From Microbacterium sp. (GTDB lineage: Bacteria; Actinomycetota; Actinomycetes; Actinomycetales; Microbacteriaceae): DNA of 64,000 nt. Shown piece after piece: positions 19,560 through 30,618 of this stretch (position 1 is its first letter; each line of letters opens with the position of its first letter). A program made the translations under genes and the position numbers. Under the pieces are notes generated by a model. That model was not told the origin of the DNA. It was given only the letters and a program-made list of their open reading frames with translations, and did not search any database. The DNA is taken from assembly GCF_035687345.1 (NCBI RefSeq), contig NZ_DASRXZ010000124.1, forward strand, positions 110 through 64,109, in the 5' to 3' direction.

Positions 19560-21085
19560 CCGTCATGCATCACGTCCGTGTCCACCGCAGCGAAGAGAAC
19601 CTCGCTCGGGAGGACCAGCTCGCGTGGAAGATCGCCGAAGTCGCCGCCGACCCGGTCGAGGTCGAGCCCGACGTCGTCGACATGATCATCAACCGCGTCA
19701 TCGACAACGCGGCGGTCGCAGCGGCATCCCTCACCCGTGCACCCGTCAGCGCCGCCCGCCAGCAGGCCCTCGACCACGCCGTCTCGATCTCGGGTGACGG
19801 CGCGACCGTGTTCGGGTGCCCGCTCGAGCGCCGCACGTCGCCCGAGTGGGCGGCATGGGCGAACGGCGTCGCCGTGCGCGAGCTCGACTACCACGACACG
19901 TTCCTCGCGGCGGACTACTCGCACCCCGGCGACAACATCCCCCCGATCGTCGCGGTCGCGCAGCATGTCGGCTCCGACGGGGCGGCGCTCGTGCGCGGCC
20001 TCGCGACCGGATACGAGATCCAGATCGACCTCGTCCGCGCGATCAGCCTGCACAAGCACAAGATCGACCACGTCGCTCACCTCGGCCCGTCGGCCGCCGC
20101 CGGCATCGGCACGCTCCTCGGGCTGCCCGTCGAGACGATCTACCAGGCGATCGGGCAGGCCCTGCACACGACGACCGCGACCCGCCAGTCGCGCAAGGGC
20201 GAGATCTCGACGTGGAAGGCGCACGCCCCGGCGTTCGCGGGCAAGATGGCCGTCGAGGCGGTCGACCGCGCGATGCGCGGCGAGACGTCGCCCTCGCCGA
20301 TCTACGAAGGCGAAGACGGTGTGATCGCGTGGTTGCTGGACGGGCCGGATGCCTCGTACGAGGTGCCCCTGCCCGCACCGGGCGAGCCCAAGCGCGGCAT
20401 CCTCGACTCGTACACGAAGGAGCACTCCGCCGAGTACCAGGCGCAGGCGTGGATCGACCTCGCGCGAAAGCTCCACAACGAGCACCCCGAGCACGCGTTC
20501 GCGCCCGACAACATCGAGTCGATCGTGCTGCACACGAGCCACCACACGCATTACGTGATCGGGTCGGGCGCCAACGACCCGCAGAAGTACGACCCCACCG
20601 CGTCGCGCGAGACGCTCGACCACTCGATCCCGTACATCTTCACCGTCGCGTTGCAGGACGGCACGTGGCACCACGTCGACTCGTACCTTCCCGAGCGCGC
20701 CGCGCGGCCCGACACCGTCGCGCTGTGGCAGAAGGTCACGACCGAGGAAGACCCGGAGTGGACCCGCCGCTACCACTCGGAGGACCCGAACGAGAAGGCG
20801 TTCGGCGGCCGGGTCGTGATCCGCTTCGCCGACGGCGGCGAGATCGTCGAGGAGATCGCGGTCGCCGACGCGCACCCGCTCGGCGCCCGGCCGTTCGTGC
20901 GCGAGGACTACGTCCGCAAGTTCCGCCTGCTCGCCGAGCCCGTGCTCGACCCGGACGAGATCGAGCGGTTCCTCGAACTCGCCCAGCGCCTGCCCGAGCT
21001 CACGGCCGACGAGGTGCGTCAGCTCTCGATCGTCGCGAAGCCCGGCGTCCTCGCGAGCGCGCCGGCGCCGAAGGGCCTGTTCTGA
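19556..21085 (+). CDS. prpD: 2-methylcitrate dehydratase (MmgE/PrpD)
   Basis: [40 protein letters not shown]. Confidence 0.93.
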   Translation: MTVMHHVRVHRSEENLAREDQLAWKIAEVAADPVEVEPDVVDMIINRVIDNAAVAAASLTRAPVSAARQQALDHAVSISGDGATVFGCPLERRTSPEWAAWANGVAVRELDYHDTFLAADYSHPGDNIPPIVAVAQHVGSDGAALVRGLATGYEIQIDLVRAISLHKHKIDHVAHLGPSAAAGIGTLLGLPVETIYQAIGQALHTTTATRQSRKGEISTWKAHAPAFAGKMAVEAVDRAMRGETSPSPIYEGEDGVIAWLLDGPDASYEVPLPAPGEPKRGILDSYTKEHSAEYQAQAWIDLARKLHNEHPEHAFAPDNIESIVLHTSHHTHYVIGSGANDPQKYDPTASRETLDHSIPYIFTVALQDGTWHHVDSYLPERAARPDTVALWQKVTTEEDPEWTRRYHSEDPNEKAFGGRVVIRFADGGEIVEEIAVADAHPLGARPFVREDYVRKFRLLAEPVLDPDEIERFLELAQRLPELTADEVRQLSIVAKPGVLASAPAPKGLF

Positions 21086-21091
21086 TGCGAC

Positions 21092-21113
21092 GCTTCGACG
21101 AGCTCAGCGACCC
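21092..21113 (+). repeat. Solo REP-like copy between prpD and prpB
   Basis: GCTTCGACGAGCTCAGCGACCC, same family as 19356 units. Confidence 0.7.
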
Positions 21114-21125
21114 GGGGAGGATCTG

Positions 21126-22025
21126 ATGCTGTACTCGACCATCACGCCCGCCGAGAAGCGGCGCGCCTTCCGCGAGCGGCTCGCGACCGGGGAGCTGCTG
21201 CGGTTCCCGGGGGCGTTCAACCCGCTGTCCGCGCGCCTCATCGAGCGCAAGGGCTTCGAAGGCGTCTACATCTCGGGCGCCGTGCTGTCGGCCGACCTGG
21301 GCCTGCCCGATATCGGCCTCACGACCCTCACCGAGGTCGCGGGCCGCGGGCAGCAGATCGCGCGCATGACCGATCTCCCCGCGATCATCGACGCCGACAC
21401 GGGCTTCGGCGAGCCCATGAACGTCGCCCGCACGATCCAGACACTCGAGGACGCGGGTCTTGCCGGCACGCACATCGAGGACCAGATCAACCCCAAGCGG
21501 TGCGGGCACCTCGACGGCAAGGCCGTCGTCGACGAGGACACCGCGGCCAAGCGCATCCGTGCCGCGGCCGACGCGCGTCGCGATCCGAACTTCCTCATCA
21601 TGGCCCGCACCGACATCCGCGCCGTCGAGGGCCTCGACGCGGCGATCGACCGCGCGAAGGCGCTCGTCGAGGCGGGCGCCGACGCGATCTTCCCCGAGGC
21701 GATGCGCACGCTCGACGAGTTCGCCGCGGTGCGCGCCGCGGTCGACGTGCCGATCCTCGCGAACATGACGGAGTTCGGGAAGAGCGACCTCTTCTCGGTG
21801 GACCAGCTGCGCGACGTCGGCGTGAACATCGTGATCTGGCCGGTCTCGCTCCTGCGGATCGCGATGGGCGCGGCATCCGGCGCTCTGGATACGCTCATCG
21901 AAGAAGGACACCTCACGAGGAGGCTCGACCAGATGCAGCACCGCGCCGAGCTGTACGACCTCGTCGACTACGAGTCCTACAACCACTTCGACACGAACGT
22001 CTTCAACTTCCACGTCGAGCGTTGA
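21126..22025 (+). CDS. prpB: Methylisocitrate lyase
   Basis: DADTGFG, KRCGHL, ILANMTEFGKS. Confidence 0.95.
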   Translation: MLYSTITPAEKRRAFRERLATGELLRFPGAFNPLSARLIERKGFEGVYISGAVLSADLGLPDIGLTTLTEVAGRGQQIARMTDLPAIIDADTGFGEPMNVARTIQTLEDAGLAGTHIEDQINPKRCGHLDGKAVVDEDTAAKRIRAAADARRDPNFLIMARTDIRAVEGLDAAIDRAKALVEAGADAIFPEAMRTLDEFAAVRAAVDVPILANMTEFGKSDLFSVDQLRDVGVNIVIWPVSLLRIAMGAASGALDTLIEEGHLTRRLDQMQHRAELYDLVDYESYNHFDTNVFNFHVER

Positions 22026-22041
22026 CCCGCGAAGGAGCACC

Positions 22042-23235
22042 ATGACGACCGAACCGGACATCAAGAAGGGACTCGCGGGCGTCGTCGTCGACTACACCGC
22101 GATCTCGAAGGTGAACCCCGACACGAACTCCCTGCTGTACCGCGGCTACCCCGTGCAGGAGCTCGCGGCGACGCAGCCGTTCGAGGCGGTCGCGTACCTG
22201 CTGTGGCACGGCGAGCTCCCCGACGATGTGCAGCTCGCGCAGCTGCGCGCCGTCGAGCGCTCGTACCGCGCGCTCCCCGCCGACGTGCGCGCGGTCATCG
22301 ACCGGGTCCCGATCGACGCCCACCCGATGGACGAGGTCCGCACCGCCGTGAGCCTCATCGGTGCGCGCGACCTCGCCGGTACCGGCTCGGTGCTCGACGC
22401 GAGCGGCTCCGCCGAGGAGAACCTGGCGCGCAGCATCCGCCTGTTCGCCGTTCTTCCCGCGATCGTCGCGTACGGTCAGCGCCGCCGGCGCGGACTCGAT
22501 CCCGTCGAGCCGCGCGACGACCTCGACTACGCCGCCAACTTCCTGTGGATGACGTTCGGTGAGATGCCCGAGGACGTCGTAGTCGACGCGTTCAACCGGT
22601 CGATGATCCTGTACGCCGAGCACTCGTTCAACGCCTCGACGTTCACCGCGCGAGTCATCGCGTCGACGCTGAGCGACCTGTACTCCGCGGTCGTCGGCGC
22701 GATCGGCGCGCTCAAGGGACCCCTCCACGGAGGGGCGAACGAGGCCGTGCTGCACATCTTCGACGAGATCGGCGACGCGTCGAACGTCGCGCCGTGGCTC
22801 GACGAGGCGCTCGCGGAGAAGCGCAAGATCATGGGCTTCGGGCACCGCGTCTACAAGCGCGGCGACTCGCGCGTGCCCACGATGAAGGCCGCTCTCGACA
22901 CGCTCGTCGAGCACTACGACCGGCCGGAGGTCGCGGAGCTGTACGAGAAGCTCGAGTCGGAGTTCGTGTCGCGCAAGGGCATCTACCCGAACCTCGACTA
23001 CCCCTCGGGCCCCGCGTACAACCTCATGGGCTTCGACACGCCCACGTTCACGCCGCTGTTCGTCGCGGCGCGCGTGACGGGGTGGACGGCGCACATCATG
23101 GAGCAGCTCGCCTCGAACGCGCTCATCCGGCCGCTGTCGGCGTACAACGGCCCCGACGAGCGCCACGTCGACGGCTATGTTCCGGATGAGGCGACGGCGG
23201 CGGTCGCGGCGCGCGCCGAGGAGGCCGCCGACTGA
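22042..23235 (+). CDS. prpC: 2-methylcitrate synthase/citrate synthase
   Basis: LYAEHSFNASTF, GPLHGGANE, GFGHRVY, YPNLDY; in prp operon. Confidence 0.92.
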   Translation: MTTEPDIKKGLAGVVVDYTAISKVNPDTNSLLYRGYPVQELAATQPFEAVAYLLWHGELPDDVQLAQLRAVERSYRALPADVRAVIDRVPIDAHPMDEVRTAVSLIGARDLAGTGSVLDASGSAEENLARSIRLFAVLPAIVAYGQRRRRGLDPVEPRDDLDYAANFLWMTFGEMPEDVVVDAFNRSMILYAEHSFNASTFTARVIASTLSDLYSAVVGAIGALKGPLHGGANEAVLHIFDEIGDASNVAPWLDEALAEKRKIMGFGHRVYKRGDSRVPTMKAALDTLVEHYDRPEVAELYEKLESEFVSRKGIYPNLDYPSGPAYNLMGFDTPTFTPLFVAARVTGWTAHIMEQLASNALIRPLSAYNGPDERHVDGYVPDEATAAVAARAEEAAD

Positions 23236-23241
23236 CGCACG

Positions 23242-23340
23242 CGTGCGCAACTCCGGAGATCCGGATGCGCCGCGGCCCGCGGCCGCGTGATTCCAGGGCC
23301 GCTCAGCGGCACTCCACCCGGATCTCCGGAGTTCCGCACG
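23242..23340. repeat. 99-bp element with 23-bp terminal inverted repeats
   Basis: CGTGCGCAACTCCGGAGATCCGG ... CCGGATCTCCGGAGTTCCGCACG (1 mismatch). Confidence 0.75.
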
Positions 23341-23440
23341 AAGATGCACGGCAACCGGCGGGCACATAGTCTGGCCGGAGCGCCCGGCGACGGGCGCTCG
23401 CCGTCGAAGGACGCCAGTGGGCGGACCTGAAGGGAGCAGT

Positions 23441-25006
23441 GTGGCTCGGATCGGAATCGTCCGCGAGGTGGGGGACGCGCGCGTCGCCGCGACGCCCGTG
23501 ACCGTGACGGCACTCGTGTCGCTCGGCTACGAGGTGGTCGTGGAACGCGGGGCAGGTGAGGCGTCGTCATTCCCGGATGCCGCGTACGAGGCATCGGGCG
23601 CACGCGTGGTCGACCCGCCGGAGGCATGGGGCAGCGACCTCGTGCTCAAGATCAACCCGCCCACGCGCGACGAGATCGACCGGCTGGCCGACGGGGCGGC
23701 GATCGCGGCCCTGCTGTCTCCCGCGCTGCGCCCCGACCTGCTGGAGGCGCTCAGCACGCGCGGCCTCACGGCGATCGCCCTCGACGCGGTGCCTCGCATC
23801 TCGCGCGCGCAGTCGATGGATGTGCTGAGCTCGATGGCGAACATCGCCGGCTACCGCGCCGTCGTCGAGGCGGCGCACGAGTTCGGACGCTTCTTCACGG
23901 GCCAGGTGACGGCCGCCGGCAAGGTGCCGCCCGCGAAGGTGCTCGTGGCCGGTGCGGGTGTCGCGGGACTCGCCGCGATCGGAGCCGCGAGCAGCCTCGG
24001 CGCGATCGTGCGCGCGACCGACCCGCGTCCGGAGGTCGCCGACCAGGTGCGCTCGATCGGCGGCGAGTACCTCGCGGTCGAGGTCGACGAACGCATGGAG
24101 TCGACCGACGGCTACGCGAAGGCGACGTCCGAGGACTACGACCGCGCCGCCGCCGCGCTCTACGCCGAGCAGGTGCGCGACGTCGACATCGTCATCACGA
24201 CCGCGCAGATCCCCGGCCGCCAGGCTCCGCGCCTCATCACCGCCGACATGGTCGCGACGATGAAACCCGGCAGCGTCATCGTCGACATGGCCGCCGCCCA
24301 GGGCGGCAACGTCGAGGGATCCGTCAACGGCGAGCGCGTGGTCACCGACAACGGCGTCGTGATCCTCGGGTACTCCGACCTCGCATCGCGACTGCCGGCG
24401 CAGGCGTCGCAGCTGTACGGCACGAACCTCGTCAACCTCCTCAAGCTCCTCACGCCGAACAAGGACGGCACGCTCGTCATCGACTTCGACGACGTCGTGC
24501 AGCGCGCGGTGACCGTCGTGCGCGACGGGGAGACGACATGGCCGCCGCCCCCGGTCGCGGTCTCGGCGCCGCCCGCTCCCGCGCGGGCTCCCGAGGTCGA
24601 GGCGGAACCGGCCGAGGCGAAGCGGATGCCGCTGTGGGGGAGGGCCCTGCTCATCGCGGCGGGCATCGTGGCGCTGTTCGCGGTCGCCGCGATCGCGCCG
24701 CCGCCCCTGCCGCAGCATCTCACGGTGCTCGTGCTCTCCGTCGTCGTGGGCTTCTACGTGATCGGCAAGGTGCACCATGCTCTGCACACGCCGCTCATGT
24801 CGGTGACGAACGCGATCTCGGGCATCATCGTCGTCGGCGCGATGCTGCAGGTCACGAGCGGTGACCCGGTCGTGCAGGCGCTCGCGTTCGCCGCGATCCT
24901 CGTCGCGAGCATCAACGTCTTCGGCGGCTTCGCGGTCACGCGCCGCATGCTCAAGATGTTCTTCCGAGAAGACACGCCCGCCCAGAGCGCGGGGGCCACC
25001 CGGTGA
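23441..25006 (+). CDS. pntA: NAD(P) transhydrogenase subunit alpha (dI plus TM part)
   Basis: [43 protein letters not shown]. Confidence 0.95.
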   Translation: MARIGIVREVGDARVAATPVTVTALVSLGYEVVVERGAGEASSFPDAAYEASGARVVDPPEAWGSDLVLKINPPTRDEIDRLADGAAIAALLSPALRPDLLEALSTRGLTAIALDAVPRISRAQSMDVLSSMANIAGYRAVVEAAHEFGRFFTGQVTAAGKVPPAKVLVAGAGVAGLAAIGAASSLGAIVRATDPRPEVADQVRSIGGEYLAVEVDERMESTDGYAKATSEDYDRAAAALYAEQVRDVDIVITTAQIPGRQAPRLITADMVATMKPGSVIVDMAAAQGGNVEGSVNGERVVTDNGVVILGYSDLASRLPAQASQLYGTNLVNLLKLLTPNKDGTLVIDFDDVVQRAVTVVRDGETTWPPPPVAVSAPPAPARAPEVEAEPAEAKRMPLWGRALLIAAGIVALFAVAAIAPPPLPQHLTVLVLSVVVGFYVIGKVHHALHTPLMSVTNAISGIIVVGAMLQVTSGDPVVQALAFAAILVASINVFGGFAVTRRMLKMFFREDTPAQSAGATR

Positions 25007-26400
25007 CGGCCGAGTCCATCGCGGCGGCCGCCTACATCGTCGCCGCGCTGCTGTTCATCATGAGCCTCGCGGGGCTCAGCCGCCACGAGAGCGCCCGCAA
25101 CGGCGTCGTCTACGGCATCGTCGGCATGACGATCGCGCTCGCCGCCACGATCGTGCTCACCGTGCTCGACGCGTGGACGACCGGCGCCACGTTCGGACTC
25201 GTGCTGCTCGTGGTCGCCGTGCTCATCGGTGCCGCGATCGGCCTGTGGCGCGCTCGCGTCGTCGAGATGACCGGCATGCCGCAGCTCATCGCGCTACTGC
25301 ACAGCTTCGTGGGTCTCGCCGCTGTGCTCGTGGGGTGGAACGGATACCTCGACGAGCCCGAGCTGCCGGCCGAGCTCGTCGGCATCCACCACGCCGAGGT
25401 CTTCATCGGCGTGTTCATCGGCGCCGTGACGTTCACGGGCTCGATCGTCGCCTTCCTCAAGCTGTCGGCCCGCATGTCGTCGGCGCCGCTCGTGCTTCCG
25501 GGTCGCAACGCGATGAACCTCGGAGCGCTCGTCGTGTTCGTGGCGCTCACCGTGTGGTTCGTGATCGACCCGCAGCTGTGGCTGCTCATCGCCGTGACGG
25601 TGCTCGCGCTCGCGCTCGGGTGGCATCTGGTCGCGTCGATCGGCGGGGGCGACATGCCCGTCGTCGTGTCGATGCTCAACAGCTACTCCGGCTGGGCGGC
25701 GGCCGCGGCGGGCTTCCTGCTGAACAACGACCTGCTGATCGTGACGGGTGCGCTCGTCGGGTCATCCGGCGCTTACCTGTCGTACATCATGTGCAAAGCG
25801 ATGAACCGGTCGTTCCTGTCGGTCATCGCGGGCGGTTTCGGCATCGAGGCGCCGACAGCATCGGATGCCGAGCACGGCGAGTACCGGGAGCTCGGGCCGG
25901 AGGACGTCGCGCAGCTGCTGCGCGACGCCGACAGCGTCATCATCACGCCCGGCTACGGCATGGCGGTCGCGCAGGCCCAGTACCCGGTCGCGGGGCTGAC
26001 GAGCCGCCTGCGCGAGCTCGGCGTGAGCGTTCGCTTCGGCATCCACCCCGTCGCCGGGCGCCTGCCCGGGCACATGAACGTGCTGCTCGCCGAGGCCCGC
26101 GTGCCGTACGACATCGTGCTGGGGATGGACGAGATCAACGACGACTTCGCGACCACCGACGTCGTGCTCGTGATCGGCGCGAACGACACGGTGAACCCCG
26201 CCGCGGCCGAGGACCCCGGCTCGCCGATCGCCGGCATGCCGGTGCTGCGCGTGTGGGAGGCCCAGCAGGTCGTCGTGTTCAAGCGCTCGATGGCGTCGGG
26301 ATACGCGGGGGTCGCGAACCCGCTGTTCTACCGCGAGAATGCCGCGATGCTGTTCGGCGACGCGAAGCAGCGGGTGGAGGAGATCCTGCGGGAGCTGTAG
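25003..26400 (+). CDS. pntB: NAD(P) transhydrogenase subunit beta
   Basis: [53 protein letters not shown]. Confidence 0.95.
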   Translation: MTAESIAAAAYIVAALLFIMSLAGLSRHESARNGVVYGIVGMTIALAATIVLTVLDAWTTGATFGLVLLVVAVLIGAAIGLWRARVVEMTGMPQLIALLHSFVGLAAVLVGWNGYLDEPELPAELVGIHHAEVFIGVFIGAVTFTGSIVAFLKLSARMSSAPLVLPGRNAMNLGALVVFVALTVWFVIDPQLWLLIAVTVLALALGWHLVASIGGGDMPVVVSMLNSYSGWAAAAAGFLLNNDLLIVTGALVGSSGAYLSYIMCKAMNRSFLSVIAGGFGIEAPTASDAEHGEYRELGPEDVAQLLRDADSVIITPGYGMAVAQAQYPVAGLTSRLRELGVSVRFGIHPVAGRLPGHMNVLLAEARVPYDIVLGMDEINDDFATTDVVLVIGANDTVNPAAAEDPGSPIAGMPVLRVWEAQQVVVFKRSMASGYAGVANPLFYRENAAMLFGDAKQRVEEILREL

Positions 26401-26430
26401 TCGCACGGAGCCGCTGTTCGGTTCGCCATT

Positions 26431-26448
26431 TACTTGGATGTCCAAGTA
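26431..26448. promoter_or_regulatory. Palindromic operator TACTTGGA-TG-TCCAAGTA
   Basis: Perfect 8-bp arms overlapping a TATCAT -10 upstream of the acyl-CoA dehydrogenase operon. Confidence 0.65.
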
Positions 26449-26531
26449 TCATGGGAGTCGTGCCAACGACGGCACACGGGCCGCACGCCCCCACGAAGGG
26501 CCGGCCCGGGTTGTGAACCGAGGAGACCCCC

Positions 26532-27695
26532 ATGGCGACCACCCTGAGCAACCCCGCGATGACGGCGGAGGAGCGAGCCGCGATCATCGAGGCGGTGCGC
26601 GAGTTCGCGCAGACCGAGCTCGAGCCCAACGCGATCGAGTGGGACGAGAAGTCCCATTTCCCGCGAGACGTCCTCCAACGAGCGGGTGAGCTCGGCATCG
26701 GCGGCATCACCGTCCGCGAGGAGTCGGGCGGCACCGGTCTCGCCCGGGTCGACGCGGCCGCTGTGTACGAGGAGCTTGCGAAGGGCGACCCCGCGATCGC
26801 GTCGTACATCTCGATCCACAACATGGTCGCGTGGATGATCGACACCTACGGCAGCGACGCCCAGCGCGCCGAGTGGCTCCCGACGCTCACGTCGATGCAG
26901 GGCTTCGGCGCGTACTGCCTCACCGAGCCGGGAGCGGGATCGGATGCCGCGGCGATCGCGACGTCCGCGATCCGCGACGGCGACGAGTACGTCATCACGG
27001 GCGTCAAGCAGTTCATCTCGGGTGGGGGCGAGGCATCCGTCTATGTCGTCATGGCCCGCACCGGTGACCCGGGCGCGCGCGGGATCACCGCGTTCGTCGT
27101 GCCCGACGGCACGCCGGGACTGTCGTTCGGCCAGCTCGAGAAGAAGATGGGCTGGCACGCGCAGCCGACCCGCCAGGTGATCCTCGACGAGGTGCGCGTG
27201 CCCGCCGACGCCGTGCTCGGCGAGCTCGGCCAGGGCTTCAAGATCGCGATGAACGGCCTCAACGGCGGCCGCATCAACATCGCCGCGTGCTCGATCGGCG
27301 GGGCGCAGTGGGCGCTCGACAAGGCGCGCCGCTACATGCACGAGCGCTTCACATTCGGCGAGCCGCTCGCCGAGAAGCAGTCCGTCGTCTTCACGCTCGC
27401 CGACATGACGACCGAACTGCACGCGGCGCGCCTCATGGTGCAGGACGCCGCGACGGCGCTCGACCGGAAGGAGCCGGATGCCGCGGTGCGCGCCGCGATG
27501 GCGAAGCGCTTCGCGACCGACGTCGGGTTCCGCGTCGCGAACGCGGCGCTTCAGCTTCACGGCGGCTACGGCTACCTGCAGGATTACGGCATCGAGAAGG
27601 TCGTGCGCGACCTCCGCGTGCACCAGATCCTGGAAGGGACGAACGAGATCATGCGCGTCATCATCGGCCGTGACCTGCTGGAGCGTGCGTCGTGA
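26532..27695 (+). CDS. Acyl-CoA dehydrogenase (isobutyryl-CoA dehydrogenase-like)
   Basis: YCLTEPGAGSDA, KQFISG, QLHGGYGY, VHQILEGTNEIMR; coupled to mmsB. Confidence 0.92.
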   Translation: MATTLSNPAMTAEERAAIIEAVREFAQTELEPNAIEWDEKSHFPRDVLQRAGELGIGGITVREESGGTGLARVDAAAVYEELAKGDPAIASYISIHNMVAWMIDTYGSDAQRAEWLPTLTSMQGFGAYCLTEPGAGSDAAAIATSAIRDGDEYVITGVKQFISGGGEASVYVVMARTGDPGARGITAFVVPDGTPGLSFGQLEKKMGWHAQPTRQVILDEVRVPADAVLGELGQGFKIAMNGLNGGRINIAACSIGGAQWALDKARRYMHERFTFGEPLAEKQSVVFTLADMTTELHAARLMVQDAATALDRKEPDAAVRAAMAKRFATDVGFRVANAALQLHGGYGYLQDYGIEKVVRDLRVHQILEGTNEIMRVIIGRDLLERAS

Positions 27696-28618
27696 CCGCC
27701 GTCGAGCAGGGCGCTCGCGTCGCGTTCCTCGGCCTCGGGCACATGGGCCTGCCCATGGCCAGGAATCTCAAGGCCGCCGGGTACGACGTCGTCGGCTTCG
27801 ATGTGTCGCCGGCCGCGATGCAGGCGGCGAACGAAGCGGGCATCGAGACGGCCTCGTCAGGACCGGATGCCGCAGCCGGCGCCCGGGTCGTCATCACGAT
27901 GTTCCAGACCGGAGCCCAGGTGCTCGCGGCGTACTCGGGCGGCGACGGCGTGGACGGGCTCGTCGACGTCGCCCCGCCCGGGACTCTGTTCATCGACTGC
28001 TCGACGATCTCGGTCGACGAGGCGCGCGAGGCGCACCGCCTCGCCGAGGCCGCCGGTCACCGCGCGCTCGACGCCCCCGTGTCGGGCGGAGTCGTCGGCG
28101 CCGAGAACGCGACGCTCGCATTCATGGTCGGTGGTGGCGAGGAGGACTTCGAGGCGGCGAAGCCGCTCCTCGAGGCGATGGGCCGCCGTGTCGTGCACTG
28201 CGGCGGAGACGGCCTCGGCCAGGCGGCGAAGGTGTGCAACAACATGATCCTCGCGGTGTCGCAGATCGCCGTCGCCGAGGCGTTCGTGCTGGGGGAGCGG
28301 CTGGGACTCACGCACCAGGCGCTCTTCGACGTCGCCTCGAACGCGTCGGGCCAGTGCTGGGCGCTCACGACGAACTGCCCCGTGCCGGGACCCGTGCCGA
28401 CCTCGCCCGCGAACCGCGACTACCAGCCCGGGTTCGCCGGATCGCTCATGGCGAAGGACCTCGGCCTCGCCGAACGCGCGATCGAGTCGACCGGAGTCGA
28501 CGCGAAGCTCGGGCTCATGGCACGCGAGATCTACAAGGAGTTCGCGGAGGGCCCGGGTGCGAACCAGGACTTCTCGGGAGTCATCAACACCATCCGGGCG
28601 CTGTCCGGCGATCGATGA
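27692..28618 (+). CDS. mmsB: 3-hydroxyisobutyrate dehydrogenase
   Basis: FLGLGHMG, DAPVSGG, AAKVCNNM, GQCWALTTNCPVPG. Confidence 0.92.
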   Translation: MTAVEQGARVAFLGLGHMGLPMARNLKAAGYDVVGFDVSPAAMQAANEAGIETASSGPDAAAGARVVITMFQTGAQVLAAYSGGDGVDGLVDVAPPGTLFIDCSTISVDEAREAHRLAEAAGHRALDAPVSGGVVGAENATLAFMVGGGEEDFEAAKPLLEAMGRRVVHCGGDGLGQAAKVCNNMILAVSQIAVAEAFVLGERLGLTHQALFDVASNASGQCWALTTNCPVPGPVPTSPANRDYQPGFAGSLMAKDLGLAERAIESTGVDAKLGLMAREIYKEFAEGPGANQDFSGVINTIRALSGDR

Positions 28619-28629
28619 CAGGCGCCCGC

Positions 28630-29142
28630 TCAGTCCTCGAAGTCGCCCGCGTCGCGCCGGAGGCGCGTGATGAGCTCGACGAGCTGCTCGGTGTCCTCCC
28701 GCGAGAGGCCGGGCTGCTCGAACACGCTCTCGTTGAGCGCGGCGGTGGCCCGCTCGGACAGCTCGCGCCCGGCGTCGGTGAGCACGACGAGCGTCGCACG
28801 GCCGTCGTCGGGGTGCGGCTCGCGGCGCACGAGCCCGACGGCCTCGAGGCGGTCGACCGTGTTCGTGACGCTCGCCGGATGCACCTGCAGGCGCGAGCTC
28901 GCCGAGGCCATCGGCATCCGTCCCGACCGCGAGAAGCTCAAGAGTGTCAGCAGCTCGTATCGGGCGAACGTCAGCTGGAAGGGGCGCAGCGTCTCGTCGA
29001 CGCGCGCGAGCATGAGCTGGTGCGCGCGCATGATCGACGTCACGAGCGACATGCCGGGCGCGGCATCCGTCCACCCGTGCGCGACCCATTGGCGCTGGGC
29101 TTCGGCGATCGGGTCGATCGGCAGGCGTCTGTTGCGGGCCAC
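28630..29142 (-). CDS. MarR family regulator
   Basis: LQVHPASVTNTVDRLE...HPDDGR; GGAGG RBS supports GTG 29142 (ORF track start 29157). Confidence 0.88.
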   Translation of the reverse strand: MARNRRLPIDPIAEAQRQWVAHGWTDAAPGMSLVTSIMRAHQLMLARVDETLRPFQLTFARYELLTLLSFSRSGRMPMASASSRLQVHPASVTNTVDRLEAVGLVRREPHPDDGRATLVVLTDAGRELSERATAALNESVFEQPGLSREDTEQLVELITRLRRDAGDFED

Positions 29143-29195
29143 GGGCACCTCCGGCACTCAGACTAGCCAGCAGCACGACACGAGGAGGAAGACGC

Positions 29196-29645
29196 ATGCC
29201 ACGCATCGGCGAACTCGCCATCTCATCGCCCGACATCCGGCCGCTCGCGCGCATTCCCGATCACCACACCGGACGCGGCGCCGACCGCCCGCCTCGGCTC
29301 GAGATCACCGGCGTTCCGGAGGGGACGGTCGAGCTGACCGTCATCATGCACGACCCGGATGCCCCGAGCCCGCACGGCTTCACGCACTGGGTCGTCCACG
29401 GGCTGGCGCCCGCCGCGCGCGTCGAGGTCACTCCCGACGCCGAACGCCCCGGGCCGAACTCCACGGGGCGGCCGGGATGGGTCGGGCCGTACCCGCCGGC
29501 CGGGCACGGCGTTCACCACTACTACTTCTGGGCGTACGCGCTGAGCCGGCCGGTCGAGGGCGCGCCCTCTCGTGAGGAGTTCCTCGACCGATACGCGGAC
29601 GCCGTCATCGAGCAGGCGCGGTTCGTGGCGACGTACAGCTCGTGA
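29196..29645 (+). CDS. YbhB/YbcL (PEBP) family protein
   Basis: MHDPDAP..GFTHWVV, GPYPPAGHGVHHYYF. Confidence 0.9.
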   Translation: MPRIGELAISSPDIRPLARIPDHHTGRGADRPPRLEITGVPEGTVELTVIMHDPDAPSPHGFTHWVVHGLAPAARVEVTPDAERPGPNSTGRPGWVGPYPPAGHGVHHYYFWAYALSRPVEGAPSREEFLDRYADAVIEQARFVATYSS

Positions 29646-29691
29646 CAGACAATGGACCTCGGCGCACCGCGCCGGAACGTGAGGAGGCTCG

Positions 29692-30468
29692 ATGACCGAG
29701 TTCGAGACGATCCTGGTGCGGCAGGAAGGCCGCGTCGGCTGGATCACGATCAACCGACCCGACGCGCTCAACGCGCTCAACACCCAGGTGATGTGGGACA
29801 TCCTCTCCGCCGCCGAGGCGTTCGACGCCGACGAGGGCGTGGGCTGCATCGTCGTGACCGGCTCCGAGCGTGCGTTCGCCGCCGGCGCCGACATCAAGGA
29901 GATGGAGTCGAAGTCCGGCCTCGAGATGCTCATGGGCGACCACTTCGGCGGATGGCCGCGCTTCGCCGCCCTCCGCACGCCGGTCGTCGCCGCCGTCGCC
30001 GGCTATGCGCTCGGCGGCGGGTGCGAGCTCGCCATGATGTGCGACATCATCCTCGCCGCCGACACCGCCAAGTTCGGGCAGCCCGAGATCAACCTCGGGG
30101 TCATGCCGGGCATGGGCGGCTCGCAGCGCCTCGTGCGCGCGGTCGGGTATTACAAGGCGGCCGAGCTCATCCTCACGGGGCGCATGATCGACGCGACCGA
30201 GGCCGAGCGCATCGGGCTGGTCTCACGCGTGGTCCCCGCGGACGATCTGCTCACCGAGGCAGGGCGCGTCGCCGAGACGATCGCATCGAAGTCGCTCCCG
30301 TCGCTGTACGCGACGAAGGCGGCGCTCGACGCGGCGATGGAGACACCGCTCGCCGAGGGTCTGCGATTCGAGCGGCACGTGTTCGCGTCGCTGTTCGACA
30401 CGGCCGACCAGAAGGAAGGCATGGCCGCGTTCCGCGAGAAGCGGGAGCCGCGGTTCGAGCACCGCTGA
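29692..30468 (+). CDS. Enoyl-CoA hydratase
   Basis: [33 protein letters not shown]. Confidence 0.93.
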   Translation: MTEFETILVRQEGRVGWITINRPDALNALNTQVMWDILSAAEAFDADEGVGCIVVTGSERAFAAGADIKEMESKSGLEMLMGDHFGGWPRFAALRTPVVAAVAGYALGGGCELAMMCDIILAADTAKFGQPEINLGVMPGMGGSQRLVRAVGYYKAAELILTGRMIDATEAERIGLVSRVVPADDLLTEAGRVAETIASKSLPSLYATKAALDAAMETPLAEGLRFERHVFASLFDTADQKEGMAAFREKREPRFEHR

Positions 30469-30618
30469 CAGGTCCGGGGCCAGGCGCGGATGCGGCCGCC
30501 GCGGCATCCGCAATGTATGCACAAACGGGCTGAACCGCCCACCCGCGCGGGGATACTCCCGCCGATTGGGTACATAAAACGGCCGCCGGTAGACTCGCCG
30601 GAGGCGTGAGGAGAGTCG

